Assembly (NCBI GenBank): GCA_041497895.1
Contig: JBGQHJ010000012.1
Span: 1 to 56,187 of the forward strand
Direction: 5' to 3'
Length of the DNA stretch: 56,187 bases
Origin: Candidatus Methylomirabilia bacterium
GTDB lineage: Bacteria; Methylomirabilota; Methylomirabilia; Rokubacteriales; CSP1-6
Within the stretch, counting starts at the first letter, position 1; each line of letters starts with the position of its first letter. The notes under the pieces were generated by a model that saw nothing but the letters and a program-made list of their open reading frames with translations, ran no database searches and had not been told where the DNA came from. The position numbers were made by a program, and so were the translations under genes. Of the stretch, positions 29,228-39,064 are shown piece after piece.

Positions 29228-29236
29228 TGCTACACT
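29228..29236 (+). promoter_or_regulatory. Extended -10 TG-c-TACACT upstream of dnaJ-clpB
   Basis: Motif lies in the divergent intergenic region 62 nt before the dnaJ ATG. Confidence 0.45.
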
Positions 29237-29298
29237 TCCCCTAGCCGACCGAAGCGGCGCGGACTCGCGAGCCCGGCGCCGCTTCCTCGTCTAAACAC

Positions 29299-30369
29299 AT
29301 GGAATTCAAAGACTATTACAAGACGCTCGGAGTGGAGCGGGCCGCCGACGACAAGGCGATCAAGACCGCCTACCGAAAGCTCGCCCGCAAGTACCACCCC
29401 GACGTCAACAAGGGCAACGCCGAGCGGTTCAAGGAGATCAGCGAGGCCTACACGGTCCTGTCCGATCCCGAGAAGCGCAAGCGCTACGACACGCTCGGCC
29501 CGGACTGGGAGCGTTACGCCCAGGCCGGCGCGGGCGCCACCGCGGGCGGGCGCTCCCCCTTCGAGGGCCGACCCTTCGGAGGTCGCGATGTCCGCTTCTC
29601 GGAGGAAGGGGACCTGGGCGGGTTCTCGGACTTCTTCCGCACCATTTTCGGCGGCGATCCGGGCGGCTTCCGCCGGGGCGAGCCGGGCGCCGGGCGCACC
29701 GAGTTCGAGTTCTCGGACCTGGGCGATCTGGGCGGCGGCTACGGCCCGGTGAGCGCGCGCGGCAGCGACGTCGAGGCGGGCATCGAGCTCACCCTCGAGG
29801 AGGCCTTCAACGGCGCGCGCAAGACCCTCGCGCTCGAGCTCGACGAGCCGTGCCCGCAGTGCGGCGGCTCCGGCAACGTGAAGGGCCGGCCCTGCCCGCG
29901 CTGCCACGGCAGCGGCTGGGCCAAGGCCACCCGGAACCTGGACGTGAAGATCCCGGCCGGCGTCGACACCGGCTCGCGGGTGCGGGTGGCCGCGGAGGGT
30001 CCCGGCGGCGGGCGCGGCAATCGCAGCGCCCGCGGCGATCTCTACCTGCGCGTGACGATGGCGCCGCACCCGCGCTTCGAGCGCAAGGGCGCCGACCTGC
30101 ACCTGGACCTGCCGGTGCCGGTGACGGTGGCCGCGCTCGGGGGCGAGATCTCGGTGCCGACGCTGAAGGGCCAGGTGTCGATGAAGATCCCGGCCGAGAC
30201 GTCCAGCGGCAAGACCTTCCGGCTCCGGGGCTACGGGATGCCGCAGCTCAAGGGCGGCGGAGCCGGCGACGAGCTGGTGCGAGTGCAGATCGTGATCCCA
30301 ACCGGGCTCAGCCCGAGAGAGAAAGAGCTCTTCGAGGAACTGAAGAAGCTCAGAGCGGAGACCAAATGA
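29299..30369 (+). CDS. dnaJ: DnaJ/CbpA-type co-chaperone with two CxxCxGxG repeats
   Basis: J domain [14 protein letters not shown]-rich region, CPQCGGSG and [16 protein letters not shown]-terminal DnaJ domain. Confidence 0.88.
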   Translation: MEFKDYYKTLGVERAADDKAIKTAYRKLARKYHPDVNKGNAERFKEISEAYTVLSDPEKRKRYDTLGPDWERYAQAGAGATAGGRSPFEGRPFGGRDVRFSEEGDLGGFSDFFRTIFGGDPGGFRRGEPGAGRTEFEFSDLGDLGGGYGPVSARGSDVEAGIELTLEEAFNGARKTLALELDEPCPQCGGSGNVKGRPCPRCHGSGWAKATRNLDVKIPAGVDTGSRVRVAAEGPGGGRGNRSARGDLYLRVTMAPHPRFERKGADLHLDLPVPVTVAALGGEISVPTLKGQVSMKIPAETSSGKTFRLRGYGMPQLKGGGAGDELVRVQIVIPTGLSPREKELFEELKKLRAETK

Positions 30370-32948
30370 TGAGGCTGGACAAGCTGACCGTCAAGGCCCA
30401 GGAAGCGATCCAGGCCGCGCAGTCCCTGGCCGACCAGGGCAGCCATCAGGCCATCGAGCCCGAGCACCTGCTGCTCGCGCTCCTGCAGCAGCAGGAGGGC
30501 GTGGTGGGCCCGCTGCTCGCCAAGCTGGGCGCGCGGCCGGAAGCGCTCGCGCGCCAGGTGCAGTCGGAGATGGAGAAGCTCCCCACCGTCCGCGGGGGCG
30601 GCGGGCGTCAGTACGCCTCGCAGCGCTTCGAGGGCGTGATCAACCGGGCGCGGGAGGAGGCGGAGCGGCTCAAGGACGAGTACGTCTCGACCGAGCACCT
30701 GTTGATCGCCATCGCGCAGGAAAAGGGCGGCGCCACCTCGCGGCTCCTCGCCGGGGCCGGGGTCACCCCCGAGGCGATCTACCGCTCGCTGGTGGAGGTG
30801 CGCGGCACCCAGCGCGTCACCGACCCCAATCCCGAGGACAAGTACCAGGCGCTGCAGCGCTACTCCAAGGACCTGACCGACCTGGCCCGCAAGGGCAAGC
30901 TCGACCCGGTCATCGGCCGCGACGAGGAGATCCGCCGCGTGGTGCAGGTGCTCTCCCGCCGGACCAAGAACAACCCGGTGCTCATCGGCGAGCCGGGGGT
31001 GGGCAAGACCGCCATCGTCGAGGGGCTGGCCCAGCGGATCGTGGCCGGCGACGTGCCGGAGGGCCTCAAGAACAAGCGCCTGGTCGCGGTGGACATCGGG
31101 GCCATGGTGGCGGGCTCGAAGTACCGCGGCGAGTTCGAGGACCGTCTGAAGGCGGTGCTGCGCGAGATCACCGAGTCCAACGGCGAGATCATCTGCTTCA
31201 TCGACGAGCTGCACACCCTGGTGGGGGCGGGCGCGGCCGAGGGCGCGGTCGACGCGGCCAACATGCTGAAGCCGGCGCTGGCCCGCGGCGAGCTGCGCTG
31301 CGTGGGCGCGACCACGCTGGACGAGTACCGCAAGCACATCGAGAAAGACGCCGCGCTGGAGCGGCGCTTCCAGCCGGTGCTGGTGCGCGAGCCCTCGGTG
31401 GAGGACACCATCGCGATCCTGCGGGGCCTCAAGGAGAAGTACGAGGTCCACCACAAGGTCAAGATCAAGGACGCGGCCCTCGTGGCGGCCGCGGTGCTCT
31501 CGCACCGCTACATCGCGGATCGCTTCCTGCCCGACAAGGCCATCGACCTGATCGACGAGGCCTCGTCCCGCCTGCGCATCGAGATCGACTCGATGCCCGC
31601 CGAGCTCGACGAGATCCGCCGGCGCATCATGCAGCTCGAGATCGAGCGGGTCTCGGTGGCCCGCGAGTCCGACGAGGTCTCGCGCGAGCGGCTGGCCCGG
31701 CTCGACTCCGAGCTGGCCGAGCTGCGGGAGAAGTCGGCCCAGCTCCAGAGCCAGTGGCAGGCCGAGAAGGCCGCGATCATGACCATCGGCAAGATCAAGG
31801 AGGAGGGCGAGGCCGCGCGGGCCTCGATGGCCGACGCCGAGCGGCGCGGCGATCTCCAGAAGGCGGCCGAGCTGCGCTACGGCACCCTGATGACGCTCGA
31901 GAAGCGCCTCGAGGCCGAGAACGCGCGCCTGCACGAGATGCAGAAGGGCGGCCGGATGCTCAAGGAGGAGGTCGACGAGGAGGACGTGGCCGAGACGGTG
32001 GCCAAGTGGACCGGCATCCCGGTCACCCGGCTACTCGAGGCCGAGGTCCAGAAGCTCGTGAAGATGGAAGAGCGGCTGGGCGAGCGGGTGGTCGGCCAGC
32101 GTGAGGCCATCGTGGCGGTCTCCAACGCGGTACGCCGGGCCCGCTCCGGCCTCTCGGATCCCAACCGGCCGATCGGCTCGTTCCTGTTCCTGGGCCCGAC
32201 CGGGGTGGGCAAGACCGAGCTGGCCCGGGCCCTCGCCGAGTTCCTGTTCGACGACGAGCGGGCCATGATCCGGATCGACATGTCCGAGTACATGGAGAAG
32301 CACACGGTGGCTCGCCTCATCGGCGCGCCTCCGGGCTACGTGGGATACGACGAGGGCGGCCAGCTCACCGAGGCGGTGCGCCGACGGCCGTACTCGGTGG
32401 TGCTCTTCGACGAGATCGAGAAGGCCCACGGCGACGTCTTCAACGTGCTGCTCCAGCTGCTCGACGACGGCCGCCTCACGGACGGCCACGGCCGCACGGT
32501 GGACTTCCGCAACACGGTGGTCATCATGACCTCCAACCTGGGCAGCCACTTCTTCCGCGAGGAGAAGGACCCCGCGCGGGTGCGCGGGCTGATCACGGAC
32601 CTGCTCAAGCAGGCCCTGCGGCCGGAGTTCCTGAACCGCATCGACGAGACCGTGATCTTCCAGCCGCTCGGCCGGGACGAGATCGCCTCGATCGTGGAGA
32701 TCCAGGCCCGGCACCTGGTGAAGCGCCTGGCCGACAAGCGCATCACGCTCGAGCTGACCGCGGGGGCCCGGGCGCTGCTGGCCCGGGAGGGCTACGACCC
32801 GGTGTACGGGGCGCGCCCGCTCAAGCGGACCATCCAGCGGATGATCCAGGACCCGCTCGCGCTCGAGCTGCTCAACGGGACCTTCGGCGAGGGTGACACC
32901 GTGGTCGTGGACGCGGAGGGCGAGAAGATCGTCTTCCGGAAGCGCTAG
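30366..32948 (+). CDS. clpB: ATP-dependent chaperone ClpB
   Basis: Clp N domain, GEPGVGKT, coiled-coil middle domain with [32 protein letters not shown]. Confidence 0.97.
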   Translation: MMRLDKLTVKAQEAIQAAQSLADQGSHQAIEPEHLLLALLQQQEGVVGPLLAKLGARPEALARQVQSEMEKLPTVRGGGGRQYASQRFEGVINRAREEAERLKDEYVSTEHLLIAIAQEKGGATSRLLAGAGVTPEAIYRSLVEVRGTQRVTDPNPEDKYQALQRYSKDLTDLARKGKLDPVIGRDEEIRRVVQVLSRRTKNNPVLIGEPGVGKTAIVEGLAQRIVAGDVPEGLKNKRLVAVDIGAMVAGSKYRGEFEDRLKAVLREITESNGEIICFIDELHTLVGAGAAEGAVDAANMLKPALARGELRCVGATTLDEYRKHIEKDAALERRFQPVLVREPSVEDTIAILRGLKEKYEVHHKVKIKDAALVAAAVLSHRYIADRFLPDKAIDLIDEASSRLRIEIDSMPAELDEIRRRIMQLEIERVSVARESDEVSRERLARLDSELAELREKSAQLQSQWQAEKAAIMTIGKIKEEGEAARASMADAERRGDLQKAAELRYGTLMTLEKRLEAENARLHEMQKGGRMLKEEVDEEDVAETVAKWTGIPVTRLLEAEVQKLVKMEERLGERVVGQREAIVAVSNAVRRARSGLSDPNRPIGSFLFLGPTGVGKTELARALAEFLFDDERAMIRIDMSEYMEKHTVARLIGAPPGYVGYDEGGQLTEAVRRRPYSVVLFDEIEKAHGDVFNVLLQLLDDGRLTDGHGRTVDFRNTVVIMTSNLGSHFFREEKDPARVRGLITDLLKQALRPEFLNRIDETVIFQPLGRDEIASIVEIQARHLVKRLADKRITLELTAGARALLAREGYDPVYGARPLKRTIQRMIQDPLALELLNGTFGEGDTVVVDAEGEKIVFRKR

Positions 32949-32960
32949 GCCGACACCGCC

Positions 32961-32979
32961 GGCTGCTTTTTCAGCAGCC
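32961..32979. terminator. Hairpin between convergent clpB and response regulator genes
   Basis: ggctgct-ttttc-agcagcc, overlapping the regulator's stop codon. Confidence 0.4.
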
Positions 32980-33348
32980 TTCGAGGATCGCGGTGACGGC
33001 GCGCGAGAGATCGTCGACCGCGAACGGCTTGAGCAGCACCTGCACGCTCGCCCCCTGGAGGAAGCCCGCGTACTCGGGCGAGTCCACGAAGCCCGAGATG
33101 AAGAGCAGGTGCGGGCGCGTGTCGGGCCACCGGCGGGTCAGCTCGAGGTAGAGGCTCGGCCCGTCGAGCCCCGGCATCTTCAGGTCGCTGACGATGAGGT
33201 CGAACCCGGCCTGCCCGTCGAGCAGCCGCAGGGCGTCGGCGCCGTCGCGCGCGGTCTCGACCGCGTGGCCGTCCGCGACGAGCACCGCCGCGACCAGCTC
33301 CCGCACCGGCGTCTGATCATCCACCACGAGCACTCGCTTGGTCGACAT
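32971..33348 (-). CDS. Single-domain response regulator (receiver)
   Basis: VLVVDD, DLIVSDLKMPGLDG, FISG, KPF; 125 aa. Confidence 0.9.
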   Translation of the reverse strand: MSTKRVLVVDDQTPVRELVAAVLVADGHAVETARDGADALRLLDGQAGFDLIVSDLKMPGLDGPSLYLELTRRWPDTRPHLLFISGFVDSPEYAGFLQGASVQVLLKPFAVDDLSRAVTAILEGC

Positions 33349-33372
33349 GGTCCCCTTCCGGGGACCTGACGG

Positions 33373-33388
33373 AGCAAGGCCCGTTCCA
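33373..33388 (-). promoter_or_regulatory. Sigma54 (-24/-12) promoter TGGAAC-N5-TTGCT
   Basis: Minus strand TGGAACGGGCCTTGCT with exact GG-N10-GC spacing, 25 nt upstream of ATG 33348. Confidence 0.7.
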
Positions 33389-33540
33389 CCGTGGGCGGCT
33401 CTCCGGTTCGGCGGATTTAGGCGGGATTGACGCGCCGGGCGGGCCGATCGCCGTTGGGGCCCGGACACGACGGACGTCGGCCCGGCGTCGATACGAATTT
33501 CGCGCCCCGGGCGCACGCAGATCGTGCGCATCGGCGACGC

Positions 33541-33957
33541 TCAGCGTGACGACGCGTTCGGCCTCGCCTCGCGGCGCCTGATCGAGTCGAAGAACGTGGT
33601 GACGAGCATCTCCACGTGGCGCGCGTCGAACGGCTTCGGTATGTAGGCGACCGCGCCGTGCCGCAGCGCCTCCGCCGCCACCTTGGTGTCCTCGGTGGCC
33701 GAGATCACGATGATCGGCACGTGCGACTCGACTTCACGGATGTGCTTGAGCAGGGTGAGCCCGCTCATCCGGGGCATCTGTAGATCGAGCAGGATCAGGT
33801 CGGGCCGCCGGCGCATCACCGAATCGAGCGCGGCCTGGCCGTCGGCCAGGCCCTCGACCTCGACGGCATCGGTGTAGCGCATGGCACGGAGGATGTCGGT
33901 GAGCGCGCTGCGCACCTCCGCCTCGTCGTCCACCACCAGCACCCGCCGGGTCGCCAT
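33541..33957 (-). CDS. Single-domain response regulator (receiver)
   Basis: VLVVDDE, PDLILLDLQMPRMSG, VISA, YIPKPF; 138 aa. Confidence 0.9.
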   Translation of the reverse strand: MATRRVLVVDDEAEVRSALTDILRAMRYTDAVEVEGLADGQAALDSVMRRRPDLILLDLQMPRMSGLTLLKHIREVESHVPIIVISATEDTKVAAEALRHGAVAYIPKPFDARHVEMLVTTFFDSIRRREARPNASSR

Positions 33958-34076
33958 TGGCCTCGCTCGTGTCCCCCGTCGCCACTGTATCACCCGTCGA
34001 ATCCGCCGGGGCCGGTTTGCCATCTCAAGAGGCGTCAGCGTGGGCTGGAGAGGTTTTCTCCTCACTGGGAGGCCGC

Positions 34077-35369
34077 ATGAAGGCATCGCGGGGCGCGCTG
34101 CACTACGCCTGGGTCGTCCTGGGCGCGCTGGTCGTGGTCATGCTGCTGGGCTCCGGGCTCCGCGCCGTCTTCGGCGTGTTCATCAAGCCCATGGAGGTCA
34201 CGTTCGGCTGGGATCGCGCCGCGCTCTCCGGCGCGGCCGCCATCTCCCTGCTGCTGCTCGGCGCGGCCGGGCCGGTGGTCGGCTGGCTCGCCGACCGCTG
34301 GGGGCCGCGCCGCGTCATCCTGCTCTCCGCGATCGTGCTGAGCGTGGGCACGGTGCTCTCCTCGCGCGTGACCGCGCTCTGGCAGATCTACATCACGTCG
34401 GGGGTGCTGATGGGCCTGGGCGCGGGCGGCGTCGGCATGTCGACCGGGGCCGCGCTCGCCGCGCGCTGGTTCGAGGCCCGGCGCGGGCTCGTGATGGGCC
34501 TGGTCGGCGGCGCCATGTCGGCCGGGCAGCTCGTGGTGGTGCCGCTCGCGGTGTGGCTCACCCTCAACTACGGGTGGCGCCACTCGTTCCTCTGGCTGGG
34601 CATCCTCATGCTGGCGGTCGCGGTGCCGACGACCCTGCTGTTCGTGCGGGACGATCCGGCCTAGAAGGGGCTTCGGGCCTACGGCGCCGGGCGGGGCGCG
34701 CCCGCCCCGGGGGCACCCGCCGCCCCGCCCGAGGGCCGCACCACGGTGGCCGAGGCGATGCAGGTCCCCGCGTTCTGGCTGCTCGCCGCCACCTTCTTCG
34801 TGTGCGGCTACACGTCGAACGGGCTCGTGCTCACGCACCTCGTCCCGCACGCGGCGGAGCACGGCTTCTCCGAGATGCACGCCGCGCAGGCGCTGGGCGT
34901 GATGGGCGCCATGAACATCCTCGGCACGGTGGCCTCGGGCTTCATCTGCGACCGCTTCGGCCGCAAGGGGCCCCTCGCCTTCTACTACGGGGTGCGCGGG
35001 CTCTCGCTGCTGTTCCTGCTCTACGTCTGGAACGTGCCGTCGCTGCACATCTTCGCCGCGATCTTCGGCCTCAACTACATCTCGACGGTGCCGCCCACCA
35101 CCACGCTCACCGCCAACATCTTCGGGCGCTACTCGGTGGGATCGCTGTCGGGCTGGATCTTCTTCGCGCACCAGGTGGGCGCGGCGCTCGGCGCCGCGGT
35201 GGGAGGCTGGGTCTTCCAGTCCACCGGGTCCTACTCGTGGGCCTTCATCTCCGCGGCGCTGCTCGCCTTCCTGGCGGTCCCGATGGCCCTGGCCATCCGG
35301 GAGGCCCCGGTGAGCCGGACCCCGCGGCCGAGCCCGGCTCCGGCCGGCCTGCCGGCCACCGCCGGCTAG
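34077..35369 (+). pseudogene. MFS transporter (OFA/MCT-like), interrupted as sequenced by an in-frame TAG at 34662-34664
   Basis: GWLADRWGPRR (motif A), RWFEARRGL, FWLLAATF, GFICDRFGRK. Both halves share one frame, separated by a single stop in DDPA*KGLRAYG. Confidence 0.85.
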
Positions 35370-35397
35370 GGTAGCGTCTGGGGGTAGAATGATGGGC

Positions 35398-37803
35398 ATG
35401 GACGAGCCAAGGACGTCGCTGGCAGGGCTTCAGAAGGACTTCCCGTTCGAGAGCCGCCTCAGTCTCGCGCTGCTGATCCGGTTCTGGGAGGACCAGGCGA
35501 AGGAGAGCTCGGTGCGCGGCGAGATCGCGCGCACCCTCCTGACCCGCCTCCAGGACGCGCCCGAGCTGACGCGGCCGATCGACGACATCACCTTGCTCGA
35601 TCACCACAGCGGGCTCGTCGACGCCCTGATGAGCGCGGTGTTCCCGTCGGTGTTCTGGGAGCAGGCCTACATGGGCGCGCTCATCCCGTTCACCCTGCGC
35701 AGCGTCTACGGGACCCGGGCGATGGACACCATCATGGGCCCGGACGGGGTGCTCTACGGCAGCCTGAACCTCGACATGCGGGCGCTGAAGGACTTCCGGC
35801 TGATCAACGCGTACGCGCTGGCGCTCGAGCGGCTCTACGGCATCCACTTCCCGGTGGACTACCCGCTGATCCTCACCCTGCCCGATCCCACCAACGGGCT
35901 GGAGCGCCACTTCAAGGTGCAGTTCGAGGGCCGCTTCGTGGACGTGGAGCAGCTGCACCCGCTGCCGCCGCTGTCCGAGGAGCTGCGGGCGCGGCTCAAC
36001 GCGCAGGCCGTCGATCTCGACCGGCTCACCGCGTTGATCCCCCCGGGCAGCATCCGCTTCTCCGGCTTCACGGTGGTGAAGGCGGCCGACGTGACCGACC
36101 AGGAGGTGCTCTCGTCGATCAAGCGCGACCTGATCGACAAGGAGTCCATCGTCGCGAACGCGCGGTTCGTGAAGCTGCAGGCCAAGCTGCGGACCCTCTT
36201 CCGGCGCCCGGACCTGCACCTGGGCCTCGCCGCCATCGAGGGCGACCGCATCCTGGTGCTCAACTCCGGGCACCTCCTCGAGCACGGCCACGGCTGCATC
36301 TTCGCGGGGTCGGTCCGGGCCAAGGTGGCCGACTTCAAGGACTCGGTCTACGAGCGCGCCACCCTCGCCGGCGAGCCGGTCTTCGTCGAGGACGTGGCCG
36401 CGCACGTGACCAAGACCCCCGCGGACGAGATGATCCTCCGCAAGGGCATGCGCAGCGTGGCGGTGGCGCCCCTGCACTACCAGGGGCAGCTGATCGGCAC
36501 CCTCAGCCTGACCTCGCCGAAGCCGGGCGACATCAACGCCCTGATGGAGCCGCGGCTGCGGGAAGTGCTGCCGCTGTTCTCGGTGGCGGTCAAGCGGAGC
36601 ATGGACGAGCTGCACTCGCGGGTGGAGAGCTTCATCAAGGAGCAGTTCACCGCGATCCACCCGGTCGTGGAGTGGCGGTTCCGGAAGGCGGTCCTGGCCA
36701 CCATGGACCGGGGCGACGCCGAGCGCGGCGCGGCCGAGATGGAGCCGATCGTCTTCCGCGACGTCCACCCGCTCTACGCGGTGTCGGACATCCGCGGCTC
36801 CTCCACCCATCGCGCGTGGGCCATCCAGGCCGACCTGCTCACCCAGCTCGGTCTCGCCCGCGAGGTGCTGCGCGCCGCCCACGAGGTCCGCGCCCTGCCG
36901 ATCCTGGATCAGCTCACCCACCGCATCGACGGCCACGTGGCCGAGATCGAGGTCACCCTGCGGTCGGGCGACGAGCTCGGGGTGATGAGCTTCCTCAAGG
37001 GCGACGTCGAGCCGCTCTTCGATCACCTGCAGACCTTCGGGTCGTCGGTGCGGGAGCGCGTCGACGCCTATCGCCAGGCGGTCGACCCGGGCATCGGCCT
37101 GGTCTACGCGCGGCGCAAGGAATTCGACGAGAGCGTGACCATGATCAACGAGGCGGTCTCCTCCTACATCGACATGGAGGAGCAGGCCGCCCAGGGCATG
37201 TTCCCGCACTACTTCGAGAAGCAGAAGACCGACGGGGTGGACTACACGATCTACCTGGGCGGCGCCCTCCGCGAGGACAACGGGTTCGATCCGCTCTACC
37301 TCAAGAACCTGCGCCTCTGGCAGCTCATGGTGGCGTGCGGGGTGGCCCTGCGGGTGGAGCGGCTGAAGACCCGGCTGCCGGTGACGCTCGACATCACGAA
37401 CCTGATCCTCATCCAGCACGCGCCGCTCTCGATCCGCTTCCGCTTCGACGAGAAGCGCTTCGACGTGGACGGCGCCTACAACGTGCGCTACGAGATCATC
37501 AAGAAGCGGATCGACAAGGCGATCATCCGCGGCACCACCGAGCGGCTGACCCAGCCCGGCAAGATCGCCCTGGTCTACTCGCATGCCACCGAGGCCGCGG
37601 AGTGGCGGGAGTACATCGAGTACCTCCAGCGGCTGGGCTACCTCACCCGCGACGTCGGGGAGCTCGAGCTGGACGAGCTGCAGGGCGCCCAGGGCCTGCG
37701 CGCGCTCCGGGTCACGGTGGACCTCGCCAACCGGGAGCTGGACGTGCCCTCGAGCGCCGCCGCCCTGTCCCGCGGCGAGGGCGATCGCGCCCCGGCCGCG
37801 TAA
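35398..37803 (+). CDS. Large GAF domain-containing protein (~800 aa) with a divergent cyclase-like C-terminal region
   Basis: GAF-like segment (GEPVFVEDV...GMRSVAVAPLHYQGQLIGTLSL). TAGAAT 7 nt before ATG 35398; alternative start at 35389. Confidence 0.85.
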   Translation: MDEPRTSLAGLQKDFPFESRLSLALLIRFWEDQAKESSVRGEIARTLLTRLQDAPELTRPIDDITLLDHHSGLVDALMSAVFPSVFWEQAYMGALIPFTLRSVYGTRAMDTIMGPDGVLYGSLNLDMRALKDFRLINAYALALERLYGIHFPVDYPLILTLPDPTNGLERHFKVQFEGRFVDVEQLHPLPPLSEELRARLNAQAVDLDRLTALIPPGSIRFSGFTVVKAADVTDQEVLSSIKRDLIDKESIVANARFVKLQAKLRTLFRRPDLHLGLAAIEGDRILVLNSGHLLEHGHGCIFAGSVRAKVADFKDSVYERATLAGEPVFVEDVAAHVTKTPADEMILRKGMRSVAVAPLHYQGQLIGTLSLTSPKPGDINALMEPRLREVLPLFSVAVKRSMDELHSRVESFIKEQFTAIHPVVEWRFRKAVLATMDRGDAERGAAEMEPIVFRDVHPLYAVSDIRGSSTHRAWAIQADLLTQLGLAREVLRAAHEVRALPILDQLTHRIDGHVAEIEVTLRSGDELGVMSFLKGDVEPLFDHLQTFGSSVRERVDAYRQAVDPGIGLVYARRKEFDESVTMINEAVSSYIDMEEQAAQGMFPHYFEKQKTDGVDYTIYLGGALREDNGFDPLYLKNLRLWQLMVACGVALRVERLKTRLPVTLDITNLILIQHAPLSIRFRFDEKRFDVDGAYNVRYEIIKKRIDKAIIRGTTERLTQPGKIALVYSHATEAAEWREYIEYLQRLGYLTRDVGELELDELQGAQGLRALRVTVDLANRELDVPSSAAALSRGEGDRAPAA

Positions 37804-37818
37804 GTACCGGGCGCAGGG

Positions 37819-38031
37819 GTGCGACGGCTCGCGGCCCTGCTGATCGTCCTCACCCTGATGGGCGGCTGCGCGACCGCCTCGCGACCCGTGGCGGCCGGCG
37901 CCGCCGACGCGCCGCCCCGCCGCTGCTCCCCCGCCGATCCCGACCGCTGGGCGTGGTTCTGCGTGATCGGCCAGATCCTCTACGGGGCGGCGACGTTCTT
38001 CCAGCCGGTCAACGAGCTGTCGGCGCGGTGA
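37819..38031 (+). CDS. Small putative lipoprotein (70 aa)
   Basis: MRRLAALLIVLTLMGG-C lipobox-like signal; two further Cys. Confidence 0.6.
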   Translation: MRRLAALLIVLTLMGGCATASRPVAAGAADAPPRRCSPADPDRWAWFCVIGQILYGAATFFQPVNELSAR

Positions 38032-38250
38032 CCGCTCGCGGGCGCTCCGCAAGCCACTCGAGCGCGGCGGCCCGGTCGGTGAAGATCTGGATGGCGATCT
38101 GCGGGCGATCGTCGAGCGCCTGGAACATCTGGGCGAAGCCCGTCGAGCGTCGTCAGCCGACCGATCATCTCCGTGAGCTCGGACCGGGTGACCGTCCCCG
38201 AGTACACGATGAGGAGGAGCTCCCCCTCCTGGAGGATTACACGGTCCTCC
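38009..38250 (-). pseudogene. Degenerate SpoIIAA-like (STAS/SEC14) small protein with internal deletion and frameshift
   Basis: N-part EGELLLIVYSGTVTRSEL in one frame and C-part GFAQMFQALDDRPQIAIQIFTDRAAALEWL in another; middle missing; no valid start. Confidence 0.5.
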
Positions 38251-38272
38251 GGGCCCCGGTCGCGCGCCGGGA

Positions 38273-39064
38273 TCAACTCCCCATCACGAGACCACCGTCG
38301 ACGTTGAGCGCCTGCCCGGTCACGTAGTCGGAGTCGGGGCCGGCGAGGAACGCCACCACGCTGGCCACGTCCTCCGCCCGCTCCGGCCGCCCGAGCGGGA
38401 TGCCGCGGATCCGGCGCTTCCACGTCTCGCCCTGCCCGAGGCCCTCGAGCCCGCCCCACTCCCGGTCGATCTGCTCCCACATCGGCGTCTCCACCGCGCC
38501 GGGGCAGACGCAGTTGGACGTGATGCGCTCACCGGCCAGCGCCTGCGCGGCGGAGCGGGTGATGCTCACCACCCCGGCCTTGGAGGCCGAGTAGGGCGTC
38601 ATCAGGTGGTTGCCGCCGCGGTACGCCGCGATGGACGCGGTCTGGATCAGCTTGCCGCGCAGCTCCGACCCCGGCATCAGGTCTTGCTTCAGCATCCGCC
38701 GCACCACCGCCTGGAGCACGAAGAACACCGCGCGCAGGTTCACGTCCATCACGCGGTCCCACTCCACCTCGGTCACCTCGAGCATGGGCTGCACCCGGAT
38801 GACGCCGGCGTTGTTGAACAGCACGTCGAGGCGGCCCCACCGCCGGTAGGGCTCGTCCACCATCCGCGCGATGTCGTCCGGCTTGGTGACGTCGGCCCGC
38901 ACCGCCACCTGCCCGAGCTCCGCCGCGAGCTTCTCCACCCCCGGGCCGTCGACGTCCACCAGCACGAGCCGGGCCCCGTCGCCCGCCAGGCGCCGCGCGC
39001 AGGCCGCGCCGATGCCGCGCGCCGCGCCGGTGATCAGCCCCGTCCGTCCGCTCAGCGATGCCAT
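38273..39064 (-). CDS. SDR family oxidoreductase (sorbitol/acetoin dehydrogenase-like)
   Basis: ITGAARGIG, LFNNAG, YSASK, CPGAVETPMW; GGAGG RBS. Confidence 0.92.
   Translation of the reverse strand: MASLSGRTGLITGAARGIGAACARRLAGDGARLVLVDVDGPGVEKLAAELGQVAVRADVTKPDDIARMVDEPYRRWGRLDVLFNNAGVIRVQPMLEVTEVEWDRVMDVNLRAVFFVLQAVVRRMLKQDLMPGSELRGKLIQTASIAAYRGGNHLMTPYSASKAGVVSITRSAAQALAGERITSNCVCPGAVETPMWEQIDREWGGLEGLGQGETWKRRIRGIPLGRPERAEDVASVVAFLAGPDSDYVTGQALNVDGGLVMGS

Noticed and set aside
29850..30365. N-terminal extension making ClpB 1032 aa
   Set aside because: It overlaps dnaJ in another frame; ClpB homology starts at ATG 30366.
34662..34664. Pyrrolysine or genetic-code reassignment of TAG
   Set aside because: TAG is the normal stop for many genes here (e.g. 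2152, 2541, 11000, 32948), and no pyl genes are in the window.
35245..38052. Very long antisense/alternative-frame ORFs (e.g. 935 aa here; also 3679-6426, 26976-29294, 43139-45709)
   Set aside because: Shadow ORFs expected in high-GC DNA. They are Arg/Gly/Pro-rich or antisense to genes with clear family motifs, and have no motifs of their own.
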